Assembly (NCBI GenBank): GCA_963771075.1
Contig: CAVYSE010000023.1
Span: 1 to 64,000 of the forward strand
Origin: a candidate division FCPU426 bacterium
GTDB lineage: Bacteria; Oederibacteriota; Muellerivitia; Muellerivitales; Muellerivitaceae
Reading direction: 5' to 3'
Length of the DNA stretch: 64,000 nucleotides
The position numbers and the translations under genes were made by a program. This document shows positions 28,036-38,844 of this stretch, piece after piece. Within the stretch, counting starts at the first letter, position 1; each line of letters opens with the position of its first letter. Below the pieces are notes generated by a model that had not been told where the DNA came from, did no database searches, and saw only the letters and a list, made by a program, of their open reading frames with translations.

Positions 28036-28072
28036 TATATTTCTTTTCTAATCTTAAAGGCGGCGGGGATTC

Positions 28073-28732
<660 letters not shown>

Positions 28733-28753
28733 TCAAAACGAAGGGGATCAAGA

Positions 28754-29818
28754 TTGTCCGAATTCATCACTCCCCGGCTTGAGAAGCTTCATTCCCAGCC
28801 GAAAGCGCAGAAACTGCTCCTGGAACTGAAACAGAGGGGCGGGGTACAGACTTTCCTTTGGACAGGACCCTCTGGAGTGGGCAAGAAAACGCATGCGCTC
28901 GCACTGGCCCGAACCCTCTTCTGTCGCTTGGGGGAGGACTGCCATGGGTGTCCTGATTGCCGTCAGGTCCTTTCCAAGTCCCATCCCGACCTTTATTGGG
29001 TCCATCGCGAACATTTCTGGTCGGACGAGAAGGACGACCGGGAAAAGCAGGGCATTATTGTGAACACCACCAAATTATTGGCCCAAAAGTTATCGCAAGC
29101 ACCTTTTTCCGCTCCGCTCAAGATTGCGGTCATACCCGACGCGGGGCTAATGAACGACGATGCTCAAAATGTCCTCTTGAAAACGTTGGAAGAACCCCCC
29201 GGCGACACCCTCATCATTCTCATCACTGAGAAAAAAGGGGATTTGCTTCCCACCATTCTTTCCCGTTGCCGATCCGTGCGTTTTTCGGCCTTGGCGCCGG
29301 CGCTTATTCAACGCCTGCTGGTCGAAAGTCTGGGCTGGGGAAAGAAAGACGCCGAGGAAGCGTCCCGTAAAGCCCAGGGAAGCCTGACACTGGCTTTGAG
29401 GGAAGCGGACCCGGCTTGGAAAGGATTTCGAGAAAAGGTTGAAAAAGATTTGGACGAGGCCCTCTTGGGGCCGGAAGAGGGCTGGTTGACCCTGGGCAGT
29501 GAATATGAAAAGTGGGAACCGGAAGTCCTAGGCGACGAGGAAAGAACCGCAACCCAACGCAAGTTCGAAGTGATGACCCTGGTTTTCGACGCATGGACAA
29601 GGCTTTGGAACCGGCGCGTCGGGGGCGAATCCCCCTTGCCTGAAACTTGGAACGACCTATTGGCTGAAGATGTCTTGAAAAGCCTGACCATCCACCAATC
29701 GATGATCCCGACCAACCTTCCGGCCCGAATGATCCTGGACCATTTGTTTCTGGAACTGCGGGAGGGAATGAATAAGGGAGAAATGAGCCACATGCCTTTG
29801 ACGGAAATAACGATTTAA
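28754..29818 (+). CDS. holB: DNA polymerase III delta' subunit
   Basis: GPSGVGKKT, Zn cluster CHGCPDC, HPD, AQNVLLKTLEEPP, LLPTILSRC; tmk-holB synteny. Confidence 0.9.
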   Translation: MSEFITPRLEKLHSQPKAQKLLLELKQRGGVQTFLWTGPSGVGKKTHALALARTLFCRLGEDCHGCPDCRQVLSKSHPDLYWVHREHFWSDEKDDREKQGIIVNTTKLLAQKLSQAPFSAPLKIAVIPDAGLMNDDAQNVLLKTLEEPPGDTLIILITEKKGDLLPTILSRCRSVRFSALAPALIQRLLVESLGWGKKDAEEASRKAQGSLTLALREADPAWKGFREKVEKDLDEALLGPEEGWLTLGSEYEKWEPEVLGDEERTATQRKFEVMTLVFDAWTRLWNRRVGGESPLPETWNDLLAEDVLKSLTIHQSMIPTNLPARMILDHLFLELREGMNKGEMSHMPLTEITI

Positions 29819-29821
29819 TCC

Positions 29822-31408
29822 ATGGAGAAAGCAATGCCGGACAATAAAAAAACATTCTATGTGACGACGCCCATTTACTACGTCAACGACGTGCCCCATA
29901 TCGGCCACGCTTATTGCACGGTGGGTGCGGACGCCATGGCCCGCTTCAAGCGTATGGACGGGTATGAAGTTTATTTTCTTACGGGCACGGATGAGCACGG
30001 CCAGAAGATCGAGAAAACCGCCAAGGAGCAGGGCCTTTCCCCGAAGGAATTGGCCGACAAGGTCGTCCTGCGGTTCCAAGAGGCCTGGGTGAAGTTGGGA
30101 ATCTCCAACGACGATTTCATCCGCACCACCGAAGAAAGGCACAAGGAGCCGACCCGTCTGTTTTTCAAGCGGGTACTCGATGCCGGCTTCATCTACCAGG
30201 GGGAGTACGAGGGCTGGTACTGCCTGCCGGATGAGAAATTCCTCCTCGATTCCGAGGTCGTGGAGGGGAAATGTCCCGACTGCGGGCGTCCGGTCGACCG
30301 CATCAAGGAACACAACTATTTCTTCGCTATGAGCAAGTTCCAGAAAAAGCTCGAGGAGCACCTGGAAAAGAACCCCGATTTTATCCAGCCGGAAAGCCGT
30401 CGCAACGAACTGGTCAACAATTTCATCAAGCCCGGCCTGGCGGATGTTTCCATCACCCGAAATTCGGTGAATTGGGGTATCGCAGCCCCGGTGCCCGAAA
30501 AGACGGTCATCTATGTTTGGTTCGATGCTCTCTTGAACTACATCACGGCCCTGGGTTGGCCCGATGGGGAAAAGTACAAGAAGTTCTGGGTGGGCGAAGG
30601 GGTTGGGCAGCGCGAGACCATCAACCTGATCGGTAAGGACATCTTGCGCTTTCACGCCACCATTTGGCCGACCATGCTCATGGCCGCGGGGCTGCCCCTT
30701 CCAGATAAGGTTTTCGGTACCGGCTACATCAATAAGGACGGCAAAAAGATGTCCAAGAGCCTTGGAAATGTGGTGGACCCGTTCGAACTGGTGGAAAAGT
30801 ACGGGCCCGACGCCCTGCGCTATTACCTTTTGCGCGAAATCCAGTTTGGCCTGGACGGCAACTATACCGACACGGCCTTCGAGCTTCGCTTCAACGGCGA
30901 CTTGGCCAACGACCTGGGCAATCTGGTGAGCCGCTCCTTAACCATGTTGGAAAAGTATTTCGAGGGAGCCGTGCCCCAGCCTGGCTTGTCGGGCGATTTT
31001 GAAAAATCACTCTCCGAGATGGCATGCGCCTTCGCTCCCAAGGCCCGCAAGGCCATGGTGACTTTCGATTTCCCGAGCGCCCTTACGGCCGCCTGGGATC
31101 ATGTCAAAAGGGCCAATAAATACATCGAGGAAACATCGCCCTGGAAGGTCGCGAAAGAAGGGGATTCGGGCAAGGAAAAATTGGCCACGATTATGTTTTC
31201 CCTTATGGAATCCTTGAGGGTCACGGCCATCTCCGTCGCTCCTTTCATGCCCTTTACCGCATCCTCCATTTGGAAACAGCTGGGTTTTTCCGATGATGTC
31301 CACAAGCATATGCTTTCCGAGACGGAAGAATGGGGCAAGATTCCGGTAGGACAGAAAATCGCGAAGGCCCAGCCACTGTTTCCGAGATTAGAGAAAAAGA
31401 AAGATTAA
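29822..31408 (+). CDS. metG: Methionine--tRNA ligase, short form without C-terminal tRNA-binding domain
   Basis: TTPIYYVNDVPHIGH, GTDEHGQK, YVWFDALLNY, GKDILRFH, KMSKSLGN; ends LFPRLE. Confidence 0.97.
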   Translation: MEKAMPDNKKTFYVTTPIYYVNDVPHIGHAYCTVGADAMARFKRMDGYEVYFLTGTDEHGQKIEKTAKEQGLSPKELADKVVLRFQEAWVKLGISNDDFIRTTEERHKEPTRLFFKRVLDAGFIYQGEYEGWYCLPDEKFLLDSEVVEGKCPDCGRPVDRIKEHNYFFAMSKFQKKLEEHLEKNPDFIQPESRRNELVNNFIKPGLADVSITRNSVNWGIAAPVPEKTVIYVWFDALLNYITALGWPDGEKYKKFWVGEGVGQRETINLIGKDILRFHATIWPTMLMAAGLPLPDKVFGTGYINKDGKKMSKSLGNVVDPFELVEKYGPDALRYYLLREIQFGLDGNYTDTAFELRFNGDLANDLGNLVSRSLTMLEKYFEGAVPQPGLSGDFEKSLSEMACAFAPKARKAMVTFDFPSALTAAWDHVKRANKYIEETSPWKVAKEGDSGKEKLATIMFSLMESLRVTAISVAPFMPFTASSIWKQLGFSDDVHKHMLSETEEWGKIPVGQKIAKAQPLFPRLEKKKD

Positions 31409-31598
31409 CCATAGAATCAAATAGGGAATTAAACCAAAAATTAACATGGATTCACGGAATATTTGGGATTTATACCCCTTAGCCTTCCGATCCCTGTGCA
31501 TCCCAAGCATCGGTGGGATATTAAAGGTTTTATTTTTCATCTTTTATGGCCAAGATAAGCTGCAAACTCCATTCAATCTGAGATTCAAGAGGGTTTAA

Positions 31599-32366
31599 TT
31601 GTCAGGTTTAATTGATACCCACTGCCATTTAGACGATGAAAGGCTGATCGCCGAGGAAATCGGGGTCCTCTGGCGGGCGAAGGAAGCCGGAGTGGGCATT
31701 TGCATCACCATCGGTACGGATGAGAAAACCTCGGCCGCTGCAGCCGCGCTCGCGGCACGACATCCCGGTGTGGTGTTCCACACCGTGGGGGCCCATCCCA
31801 ATGACGCGGACCGATTTGGGGAAGTCGAGCTAGCGGAAATCGAGAGGCTGGCCAGGGAAACCCGTCCCAAAGCCATCGGTGAGGTCGGGCTGGATTATTA
31901 TCACGCCGCCGACAAGGCCAAGCAAAAGAACCTCTTTTCCCGCATGATCAAGCTGGCCAAAGAACTTTCATTGCCCATCATCATCCATGACCGGGACGCT
32001 CACGAGGATATCTACGAGCAGTTAAAGGCCGAGGCTCAGGGCATGAAGATCCTGATGCATTGCTACTCCGCGGGTGAGGAATATGTGAAAAGATTCATGG
32101 CCTTGAATTGTTATTTTTCAATTGCAGGTCCAGTCACATTTAAGAACGGCCAGGATATCCGCCTTTCCGTTTCCTTGATACCGCTAGATAGGCTGGTAGT
32201 TGAGACGGACGCGCCTTACCTGACTCCCCATCCCCACCGAGGAAAGCGTAACGAGCCAGCCTATGTGAAACTTACCGCGGAAAAGGTTGCGGAAGTAAAG
32301 GGGATTGGCTTTGACGAACTGGCCCGCCAAACGACCGAAACCGCCCGCCGATTTTTCAATCTTTAA
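31599..32366 (+). CDS. tatD: TatD-family DNase
   Basis: IDTHCHL, GAHP, IGEVGLDY, IHDRDA, MHC, ETDAPYLTP. Confidence 0.95.
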   Translation: MSGLIDTHCHLDDERLIAEEIGVLWRAKEAGVGICITIGTDEKTSAAAAALAARHPGVVFHTVGAHPNDADRFGEVELAEIERLARETRPKAIGEVGLDYYHAADKAKQKNLFSRMIKLAKELSLPIIIHDRDAHEDIYEQLKAEAQGMKILMHCYSAGEEYVKRFMALNCYFSIAGPVTFKNGQDIRLSVSLIPLDRLVVETDAPYLTPHPHRGKRNEPAYVKLTAEKVAEVKGIGFDELARQTTETARRFFNL

Positions 32367-32410
32367 TGGGCAATTAGGGTTTAAGAGGATGAAACTACCC
32401 TAGGTTCAAC

Positions 32411-33462
32411 CCCCAGTTCAATAACGAAGTGCAACACTTAGGCCCGGCAGAACCCGGGGGTTATCCTAAGTTTCATGAAACAATCCTACAGGCATCTATT
32501 GTTAGCCGAACGTGAAAAAATCTCTATTTGGAAGGCTCAAGGCCTTTCCCTGCGAAAAATCGCCAAACGCCTTGGCCGTGATGTTTCCAGCGTTTCCCGA
32601 GAGTTGAAGCGCAACGCCCCTCCCTTACGTCCCGGCCGGTATCTTCCTGCCAGGGCTCACGATCGGGCCATCTTGCGCAACCAGATCTCTCGAACTCACT
32701 TTCGGCTCAAGAAACCCGAACTGCGCCGGTATGTCTTGCGTAAACTTCGGCAAGGTCTTTCACCCGAACAAATCGCCGGTCAACTTCACCAGGAGAAATC
32801 CAAAATCTCCATTTCCCACGAGGCCGTCTACCAGTTCATCTATAGCAAAGCTCGGCATCTCATTCCCTTCTTGGCTCGCTCCCATCGAAAACGACTTCGG
32901 CGATGGCATTCCCACAATCACCGCAAAAGCCATATCCCACAACGCGTTTCAATCACCCAACGCCCTGCCATCGTCAAGGCACGGGACCAATACGGCCACT
33001 GGGAGATGGACACTATCATTTCCAGGCAGAGCAAAGCTTCTATCTTGGTCATGGTCGAAAGAAAGAGCCGACTGGTAAAACTTGCTTGGCTGCCCCAGAA
33101 ATCCGCGTCAAATACCCGTATGGCTATCAATCGTCGCCTCGGTCAATTTTCCAAGGGACTCCGCAGGACCATCACCTATGACAACGGCTCGGAGAACGTC
33201 GAACACCTCCAGGTCAATGCCGTTTTGGGCACTAGGTCTTTCTTCTGCCTGCCATTCCACAGTTGGGAAAAAGGCACCGTGGAAAACACCAACGGTTTGA
33301 TTCGACGCTTCTATCCGAAGAAAACCGATTTTGCTAACATAACCCCAGCTCAAGTCAGGCGCGTGGAACGGATTCTCAATGGTCGTCCCCGCAAGTGTCT
33401 TGGCTTCAAAACGCCGGAGCAAGTCTTTCGCCTAGGTGTTGCACTTACTGGTTGAATTCAGC
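32411..33462 (+). mobile_element. IS30-family insertion sequence (1052 bp)
   Basis: 26-bp imperfect IRs ccccagttcaataacgaagtgcaaca (32411-32436) and tgttgcacttactggttgaattcagc (33437-33462); AAC on both flanks. Confidence 0.9.
32475..33455 (+). CDS. IS30-family transposase
   Basis: HTH IAKRLGRDVSSVSRELKRN, SPEQIA, GHWEMD, TYDNGSE, WEKGTVENTNGLIR, RPRKCLGFKTP; stop codon inside right IR. Confidence 0.96.
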   Translation: MKQSYRHLLLAEREKISIWKAQGLSLRKIAKRLGRDVSSVSRELKRNAPPLRPGRYLPARAHDRAILRNQISRTHFRLKKPELRRYVLRKLRQGLSPEQIAGQLHQEKSKISISHEAVYQFIYSKARHLIPFLARSHRKRLRRWHSHNHRKSHIPQRVSITQRPAIVKARDQYGHWEMDTIISRQSKASILVMVERKSRLVKLAWLPQKSASNTRMAINRRLGQFSKGLRRTITYDNGSENVEHLQVNAVLGTRSFFCLPFHSWEKGTVENTNGLIRRFYPKKTDFANITPAQVRRVERILNGRPRKCLGFKTPEQVFRLGVALTG

Positions 33463-33735
33463 AACAAGAATCTTTATCCCTTAGCTTAAATGGGACTCGG
33501 AACAGATATCCATTCCAGTTGGCCTTGATTTCCGCGAAGGTTCAGGCGGCCTGGAAAGAACATGAAACATAAATATGGGAAATAAAAAGCCCAGAGAATA
33601 TACTTCCGTATTTTTTTATGCACTGATTTAGCAACAAATATCGGTAAAACCGACTTTAGTTCTAAAACCAACAGCCTTGGAAAACGAAGAGGGACAGGTA
33701 CAATAACCCCTCCTAGTTTGATAAAGGCGGTGTTC

Positions 33736-34761
33736 ATGATTCGGGAAGCTCTTTCCAAATTATCCCAAAAAAAATCTCTGACCGAGAAGGAAGCCTATGC
33801 TTGCATGATCGAGATCCTGGAGGGAACGGCCCTTCCTACCCAGGTGGCGGCCTATCTGGCCTTCTTGAACCTGGAATTCGAGACTCCCGCCGAGGTGGTG
33901 GGGAGCGTAAAGGCCATGCGTGACAAGATGGTGCGATTGAACGCCGAGGGGATGGATGCCATTGACGTTTGCGGGACCGGTGGGGACCACCGGGGAACAT
34001 TTAATATCTCTACCGCCGCCGCCCTAGTTCTGGCGGGTGGCGGGGTAAAAGTGGCCAAACATGGAAACCGCGCGGCTTCAAGCCAATGCGGGAGCGCTGA
34101 GGTGCTTGAGGCTTTGGGTGTCAAGATCGATCCCTCAATCCCTATCCTCGAAAAGTGTCTTAGGGAAGCGGGAATGGCCTTTTTATTCGCCCCCCATTTT
34201 CATCCGGCCATGAAAAACGTTGGGCCCATCCGCAAGGAACTGGGCATCCGGACCATTTTTAATGTGCTTGGGCCTATGAGCAACCCGGCTTCGGTGAGGC
34301 GCCAGGTGATTGGGGTTTTCGATGCCGAGAGGGCCCGCGTCATGGGCGAGGCCTTGATGGAGGCGGGCATGGACAGGGTGGTGACCTTGCATAGTAAGGA
34401 TGGACTGGATGAAGTTTCCAATGCCGATGAAACTTTTTTCTGGGAACTAGAACGGATGAAGGATGGAACCCTCAAGCGCTCGGTTGGCGTGCTACAACCC
34501 GAGCTTTTCGGTTTGTCACGCCGCAGCCTGGACGCCATCAAGGGGAGCGACGCCCCATCTAACGCTAAGATTTTGATTGGCATCTTAAACGGCGAAAAGG
34601 GCCCTCACCGCGATGCGGTCGTGATGAACGCTAGCGTGGGTTTCTACGTGGCGGGGAAATGCAATGCCATTCCCGACGGCCGGGCCCTCGCAGAGGAATC
34701 CATCGATTCAGGCAAGGCCCTGATCGTTTTGGGTCGTCTGAAGAAGGTTTCCAACGAATGA
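33736..34761 (+). CDS. trpD: Anthranilate phosphoribosyltransferase
   Basis: DVCGTGGD, FNISTAA, KHGNRAASS, RTIFNVLGP, GLDE. Confidence 0.97.
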   Translation: MIREALSKLSQKKSLTEKEAYACMIEILEGTALPTQVAAYLAFLNLEFETPAEVVGSVKAMRDKMVRLNAEGMDAIDVCGTGGDHRGTFNISTAAALVLAGGGVKVAKHGNRAASSQCGSAEVLEALGVKIDPSIPILEKCLREAGMAFLFAPHFHPAMKNVGPIRKELGIRTIFNVLGPMSNPASVRRQVIGVFDAERARVMGEALMEAGMDRVVTLHSKDGLDEVSNADETFFWELERMKDGTLKRSVGVLQPELFGLSRRSLDAIKGSDAPSNAKILIGILNGEKGPHRDAVVMNASVGFYVAGKCNAIPDGRALAEESIDSGKALIVLGRLKKVSNE

Positions 34762-35534
34762 GCATCCTTCAAAAAATCACCGAGACCAAAAATAGGGAAG
34801 TAGAGCGTCTTAAAAGAGAAAGGGGACTTCTTTCCCTCCGGGAAGGGGCCAAAAGGCAGGATCCGCCCAAAGATTTTCTATCTGCCGTTTGCCGGCCGGG
34901 AAAACTTTCACTGATCGGGGAACTCAAAAAAGCCAGCCCTTCAAAAGGGGTGTTGCGCTCGGATTTTGACCCGGAAGCAATTGCGAAAACCTATCATGAA
35001 GCTGACGCCCAAGCCCTCTCGGTTTTGACCGACGAGACCTATTTTCAAGGCCATCTATCCTTTCTAGGAATGGCCAAAAGAGCCTCGGCCCTGCCCGTCT
35101 TGCGTAAAGATTTCATCATTGACGAACACCAGGTGTACCAGGCCCGGGAAGCGGGGGCGGATGCGATCCTCCTCATCGTGGCTATGCTCGATGACGCCCG
35201 GCTGACGCAATTTCAGGATTTGGCTTGGTCCCTTTCCATGACGGCGCTGGTGGAGGTGCACAACGAACTGGAAATGGACAGGGCCTTAAGGTCCGGAGTA
35301 AAGCTTTTGGGGATTAACAACCGAGACTTAAATGAATTCTCCGTTTCTCTTCAGACCACTTATAAATTGCTTCATAAAGTCCCTAAAAACTTGCCAGTGG
35401 TAAGCGAAAGCGGGATAAAAAACCGGGAGGACGCTCAAACGTTGTGGCAAAAAGGAGTGACGGCCTTGCTGGTGGGAGAAACCTTCATGACTTCCCCGGA
35501 TATAGCTGCGGCCGTAAAGGCCTTGATGCCTTGA
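34758..35534 (+). CDS. trpC: Indole-3-glycerol phosphate synthase
   Basis: ELKKASPSKG, SVLTD, LRKDF, GADAILLI, GINNRDL, VSESGI. Confidence 0.96.
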   Translation: MSILQKITETKNREVERLKRERGLLSLREGAKRQDPPKDFLSAVCRPGKLSLIGELKKASPSKGVLRSDFDPEAIAKTYHEADAQALSVLTDETYFQGHLSFLGMAKRASALPVLRKDFIIDEHQVYQAREAGADAILLIVAMLDDARLTQFQDLAWSLSMTALVEVHNELEMDRALRSGVKLLGINNRDLNEFSVSLQTTYKLLHKVPKNLPVVSESGIKNREDAQTLWQKGVTALLVGETFMTSPDIAAAVKALMP

Positions 35535-35541
35535 GGAATCC

Positions 35542-36165
35542 ATGTTTCGAGTGAAAATTTGCGGTTTAACCCGGGACAAAGACGTGCGTTGGGCCGCTCG
35601 TGCGGGTGCGGACGCGCTTGGGTTCCAGATGTCGCTTGGTCCCCGAAAACTTACGCCTGAGTCCGCTCGAAAACTTGTGAGGGCGGTTCCTCCTCTGGTG
35701 GTTCCGGTGGGAGTCTTTTTCAACGAACCGCTTGCAAAAGTCAAAAAGCTCGTGCGTTATTGCGGTTTCCTGGCCGTACAGCTTCATGGGGAAGAATCGC
35801 CGTTCTATTGTTCCCAAATGCACGTGCCGGTCCTGAAGTCCGCGCGTATGCGCTCTGCCGGGGCTTATAAACCTCTCCGGTCCTTCAAGGTTGCGGGCTA
35901 TCTTTTAGATTCTTATAATAAAAAGGCAGTAGGCGGCACGGGCATTAGTTTCGATTTTAAATGGGCCCAGGCCGCGGTTGAGGCCCTTCCCGCCCCGGTC
36001 ATCCTGGCGGGCGGTTTGAACCCAAGGAACGTCCAGGAAGCCATCCGTCTTTCGAAGGCTTTCGGGGTGGATGTGTCCAGCGGGGTTGAAAGCCGGCCCG
36101 GAGTCAAGGATCCCCGTCTCGTATCCCAATTTATCCGGCTCGCCAAGAGAGCCTTTAAGCAATGA
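35542..36165 (+). CDS. trpF: Phosphoribosylanthranilate isomerase
   Basis: VKICGLT, VQLHGEE, GGTG..FD, LAGGL, DVSSGVE. Confidence 0.96.
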   Translation: MFRVKICGLTRDKDVRWAARAGADALGFQMSLGPRKLTPESARKLVRAVPPLVVPVGVFFNEPLAKVKKLVRYCGFLAVQLHGEESPFYCSQMHVPVLKSARMRSAGAYKPLRSFKVAGYLLDSYNKKAVGGTGISFDFKWAQAAVEALPAPVILAGGLNPRNVQEAIRLSKAFGVDVSSGVESRPGVKDPRLVSQFIRLAKRAFKQ

Positions 36166-36183
36166 AAGGACCTGTCAACCTCC

Positions 36184-36768
36184 ATGGCTGACCAGAAATC
36201 GCTCATTATCAAACTGGCCCATATCTACTACCACACCGGCAGTTGGGATAAGGCCATCCTGGAATATGAAAAAATCATCGCCCTGGATCCCAATGACATC
36301 AACGTGCATTTGACTCTGGGGGAGCTTTACCAGAAAAAAGGTGATTTGGACCGGGCCTACAAGGAATACGAGCTTTCCGCCAATGGTTTTTTAAAGGAAA
36401 AAAACATCCGAAAGGCGTCAGCGGCATTCAGGGAGTTGGCCGGCTTGGTGCAAAAAATGGTGGAGCCGCAGGACTTGGACCGGGCCATTGAGATTTACAA
36501 GGCCATGCTTTCCAAAATCCCGGATTCACAGGAAGTCCTTACCAATTTGCGGGACCTTTACCTTCGACACAATCAAATGGAGGATGCTTTGAGCCGAACC
36601 CTGGAATTGGGGGATATGTACAACCAGTTGGATTACGTGGATAAGGCCATGGAGGAATATACCAAGGCCTGCTCCATCGATCCCGGCCATGAGGGAGCTC
36701 GGATGAAGCGTGACAAACTTAAGAATGACCTCGCCTCGCCACCGCCGCCCGCTGAACCGGGGAATTAA
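36184..36768 (+). CDS. TPR-repeat protein
   Basis: LAHIYY..WDKAILEYEKIIALDP, LGELY, LGDMY...KAMEEYTKACSIDP repeats. Confidence 0.8.
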   Translation: MADQKSLIIKLAHIYYHTGSWDKAILEYEKIIALDPNDINVHLTLGELYQKKGDLDRAYKEYELSANGFLKEKNIRKASAAFRELAGLVQKMVEPQDLDRAIEIYKAMLSKIPDSQEVLTNLRDLYLRHNQMEDALSRTLELGDMYNQLDYVDKAMEEYTKACSIDPGHEGARMKRDKLKNDLASPPPPAEPGN

Positions 36769-37977
36769 ATGGCCACTTATCCAGATTCCCAGGGTTATTT
36801 CGGCGTTTTCGGGGGCCGTTACGTTCCCGAAACGCTGATGGTGGCGCTAGATGAACTGACCAACGCCTATCAAAAGGCGAGGAAAGACCCGGATTTTAAA
36901 AACCGCTACCAAGAGCTTTTGAAAAATTATGACGGCCGTCCAACTCCCCTGACTTTTGCCCGAAACCTATCCAAAAAACTGGGTGGGAGCAGGATTTACC
37001 TGAAAAGGGAAGACCTGAACCATACGGGGGCCCACAAGATCAACAATTGCCTTGGACAGATCCTCCTGGCCGTCAAGATGGGGAAAAAGCGGATCATCGC
37101 GGAAACAGGGGCGGGTCAGCATGGGGTGGCGACGGCCACGGTCTGCGCGCTCTTCGGCCTGCCCTGTGAGATTTACATGGGCGAAGAGGACGTCCATCGG
37201 CAAGCCCTTAATGTTTTTCGCATGAGGCTCCTGGGCGCGAAGGTTCATTCCGTGACATCCGGAACCCGGACCCTGAAGGATGCTATGAGCGAGGCCATCC
37301 GCGACTGGGTAACCAACGTCCGCACGACCTATTACTTGATAGGCTCCACGGCCGGGCCGCATCCTTATCCCATGCTGGTGAGGGATTTTCAGCGGGTCGT
37401 GGGCGATGAGGCCAAAAGGCAAATTCGGGAGGCGGAGGGGCGATTGCCGGACGCTTTGGTCGCCTGCGTGAACGGTGGGTCAAACGCCATTGGACTTTTT
37501 TATCCTTTCTTGAGAGACCGGAATGTAAAGATGGTGGGTGTCGAAGCTGCGGGGGATGGAGTTGAAACTAAAAGAACCGCCGCGACCATGGCCAAGGGAA
37601 AACCGGGTATCCTTCACGGAAGCTACAGCTATGTGCTTCAAAGCCCGGAAGGACAAATCGCCGAAACCCATTCTATTTCGGCTGGCTTGGATTATCCGGG
37701 GGTGGGCCCCGAACATGCTTGGCTCAAAGACACCGGACGGGCCCAATATGTCTCTGCAACTGACCGCCAAGCCCTGAAAGCCTTCCAAACTCTTGCAGCC
37801 ACCGAGGGAATCCTGCCCGCTTTGGAAAGCGCCCATGCGGTTTTTCACGCCATGCGGATGGCACCCCGAATGAGCCGGAAATCCATCATTGTGGTCAACC
37901 TTTCCGGGCGTGGTGACAAGGACGTCAACACGGTTCTGGCGAAGCTGGGGATGGAATTAAAGGGAAGCAAGCCATGA
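36769..37977 (+). CDS. trpB: Tryptophan synthase beta chain
   Basis: [51 protein letters not shown]. Confidence 0.98.
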   Translation: MATYPDSQGYFGVFGGRYVPETLMVALDELTNAYQKARKDPDFKNRYQELLKNYDGRPTPLTFARNLSKKLGGSRIYLKREDLNHTGAHKINNCLGQILLAVKMGKKRIIAETGAGQHGVATATVCALFGLPCEIYMGEEDVHRQALNVFRMRLLGAKVHSVTSGTRTLKDAMSEAIRDWVTNVRTTYYLIGSTAGPHPYPMLVRDFQRVVGDEAKRQIREAEGRLPDALVACVNGGSNAIGLFYPFLRDRNVKMVGVEAAGDGVETKRTAATMAKGKPGILHGSYSYVLQSPEGQIAETHSISAGLDYPGVGPEHAWLKDTGRAQYVSATDRQALKAFQTLAATEGILPALESAHAVFHAMRMAPRMSRKSIIVVNLSGRGDKDVNTVLAKLGMELKGSKP

Positions 37978-38771
37978 ATGATACGCTAAACCGGGTATTT
38001 GAGGATGCCCGACGCGGCCGGAAAGCGTTGTTTTTTCCATATATCTGTTTAGGTTATCCGAGTTATTCCCTTAGCCTAGCCTGTGCCAGATCGGCTTTGA
38101 GGGCGGGGGCGGCGGGATTGGAACTGGGGTTGCCTTTTTCTGATCCCATCGCGGATGGTCCAACCCTTCAAATGGCTACCCAGCAAGCATTGAACCGGGG
38201 GACCAAGCCCGCGGATGTTTTCAAAGTGATTCGAACCCTTCGCCAAGAGGGATTTCAACAGCCTCTGTTGGTTATGAGTTATGCCAATCTTTTGGAGCGA
38301 ATGGGGTGGAAATACTTCGCCAGCCAGTTGGAGAAGGTGGGCGGGAGCGGAGCCATTGTTCCCGACTTGCCCCAGGAGAAGTTCAGTACCATCGGAAAGC
38401 CCCTTTTTGAACGTAATTTGTCATTAATACCCTTTGTGGCCCCCACCTCTGATCCGAATCGAATTCGTAAGGTCGATGCCATGAAGGCCCCCTTTTTATA
38501 TTATGTTTCGGTAACAGGTGTGACCGGGGCCAGGAAAACCCTCCCCGTCGGTCTTTTGAACGATCTGCGAAAGATTAAAAGGAAGATTCGCACCCCCCTT
38601 GTAGTCGGATTCGGCATATCAACCCCCCTTCAGGCCGCCCAAATCGGGAAAACGGCTGACGGGGTCATTATCGCCAGCGCCCTCATTAAGTTGATTTCGA
38701 AGATGCCAAGTGGACGTGTTTCCTTCGGGGTGGAGCGGTTTTGCCGGGACGTTTTGCGGAAAATGAGTTAA
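37974..38771 (+). CDS. trpA: Tryptophan synthase alpha chain
   Basis: [40 protein letters not shown]. Confidence 0.96.
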   Translation: MNDTLNRVFEDARRGRKALFFPYICLGYPSYSLSLACARSALRAGAAGLELGLPFSDPIADGPTLQMATQQALNRGTKPADVFKVIRTLRQEGFQQPLLVMSYANLLERMGWKYFASQLEKVGGSGAIVPDLPQEKFSTIGKPLFERNLSLIPFVAPTSDPNRIRKVDAMKAPFLYYVSVTGVTGARKTLPVGLLNDLRKIKRKIRTPLVVGFGISTPLQAAQIGKTADGVIIASALIKLISKMPSGRVSFGVERFCRDVLRKMS

Positions 38772-38844
38772 GTTTAGATTTAGGAGAACGAATTAAGGAG
38801 TCTTTTTCTAACTTTAGAAACGCGCTCATTTTTGGAGGCATCCA

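Noticed and set aside
33463..33735. trp attenuator/T-box, a gene disrupted by IS30, or the 90-aa minus-strand ORF
   Set aside because: No Trp-codon-rich leader or T-box motif seen; joining the IS flanks gives no convincing ORF; the minus ORF has no recognisable features
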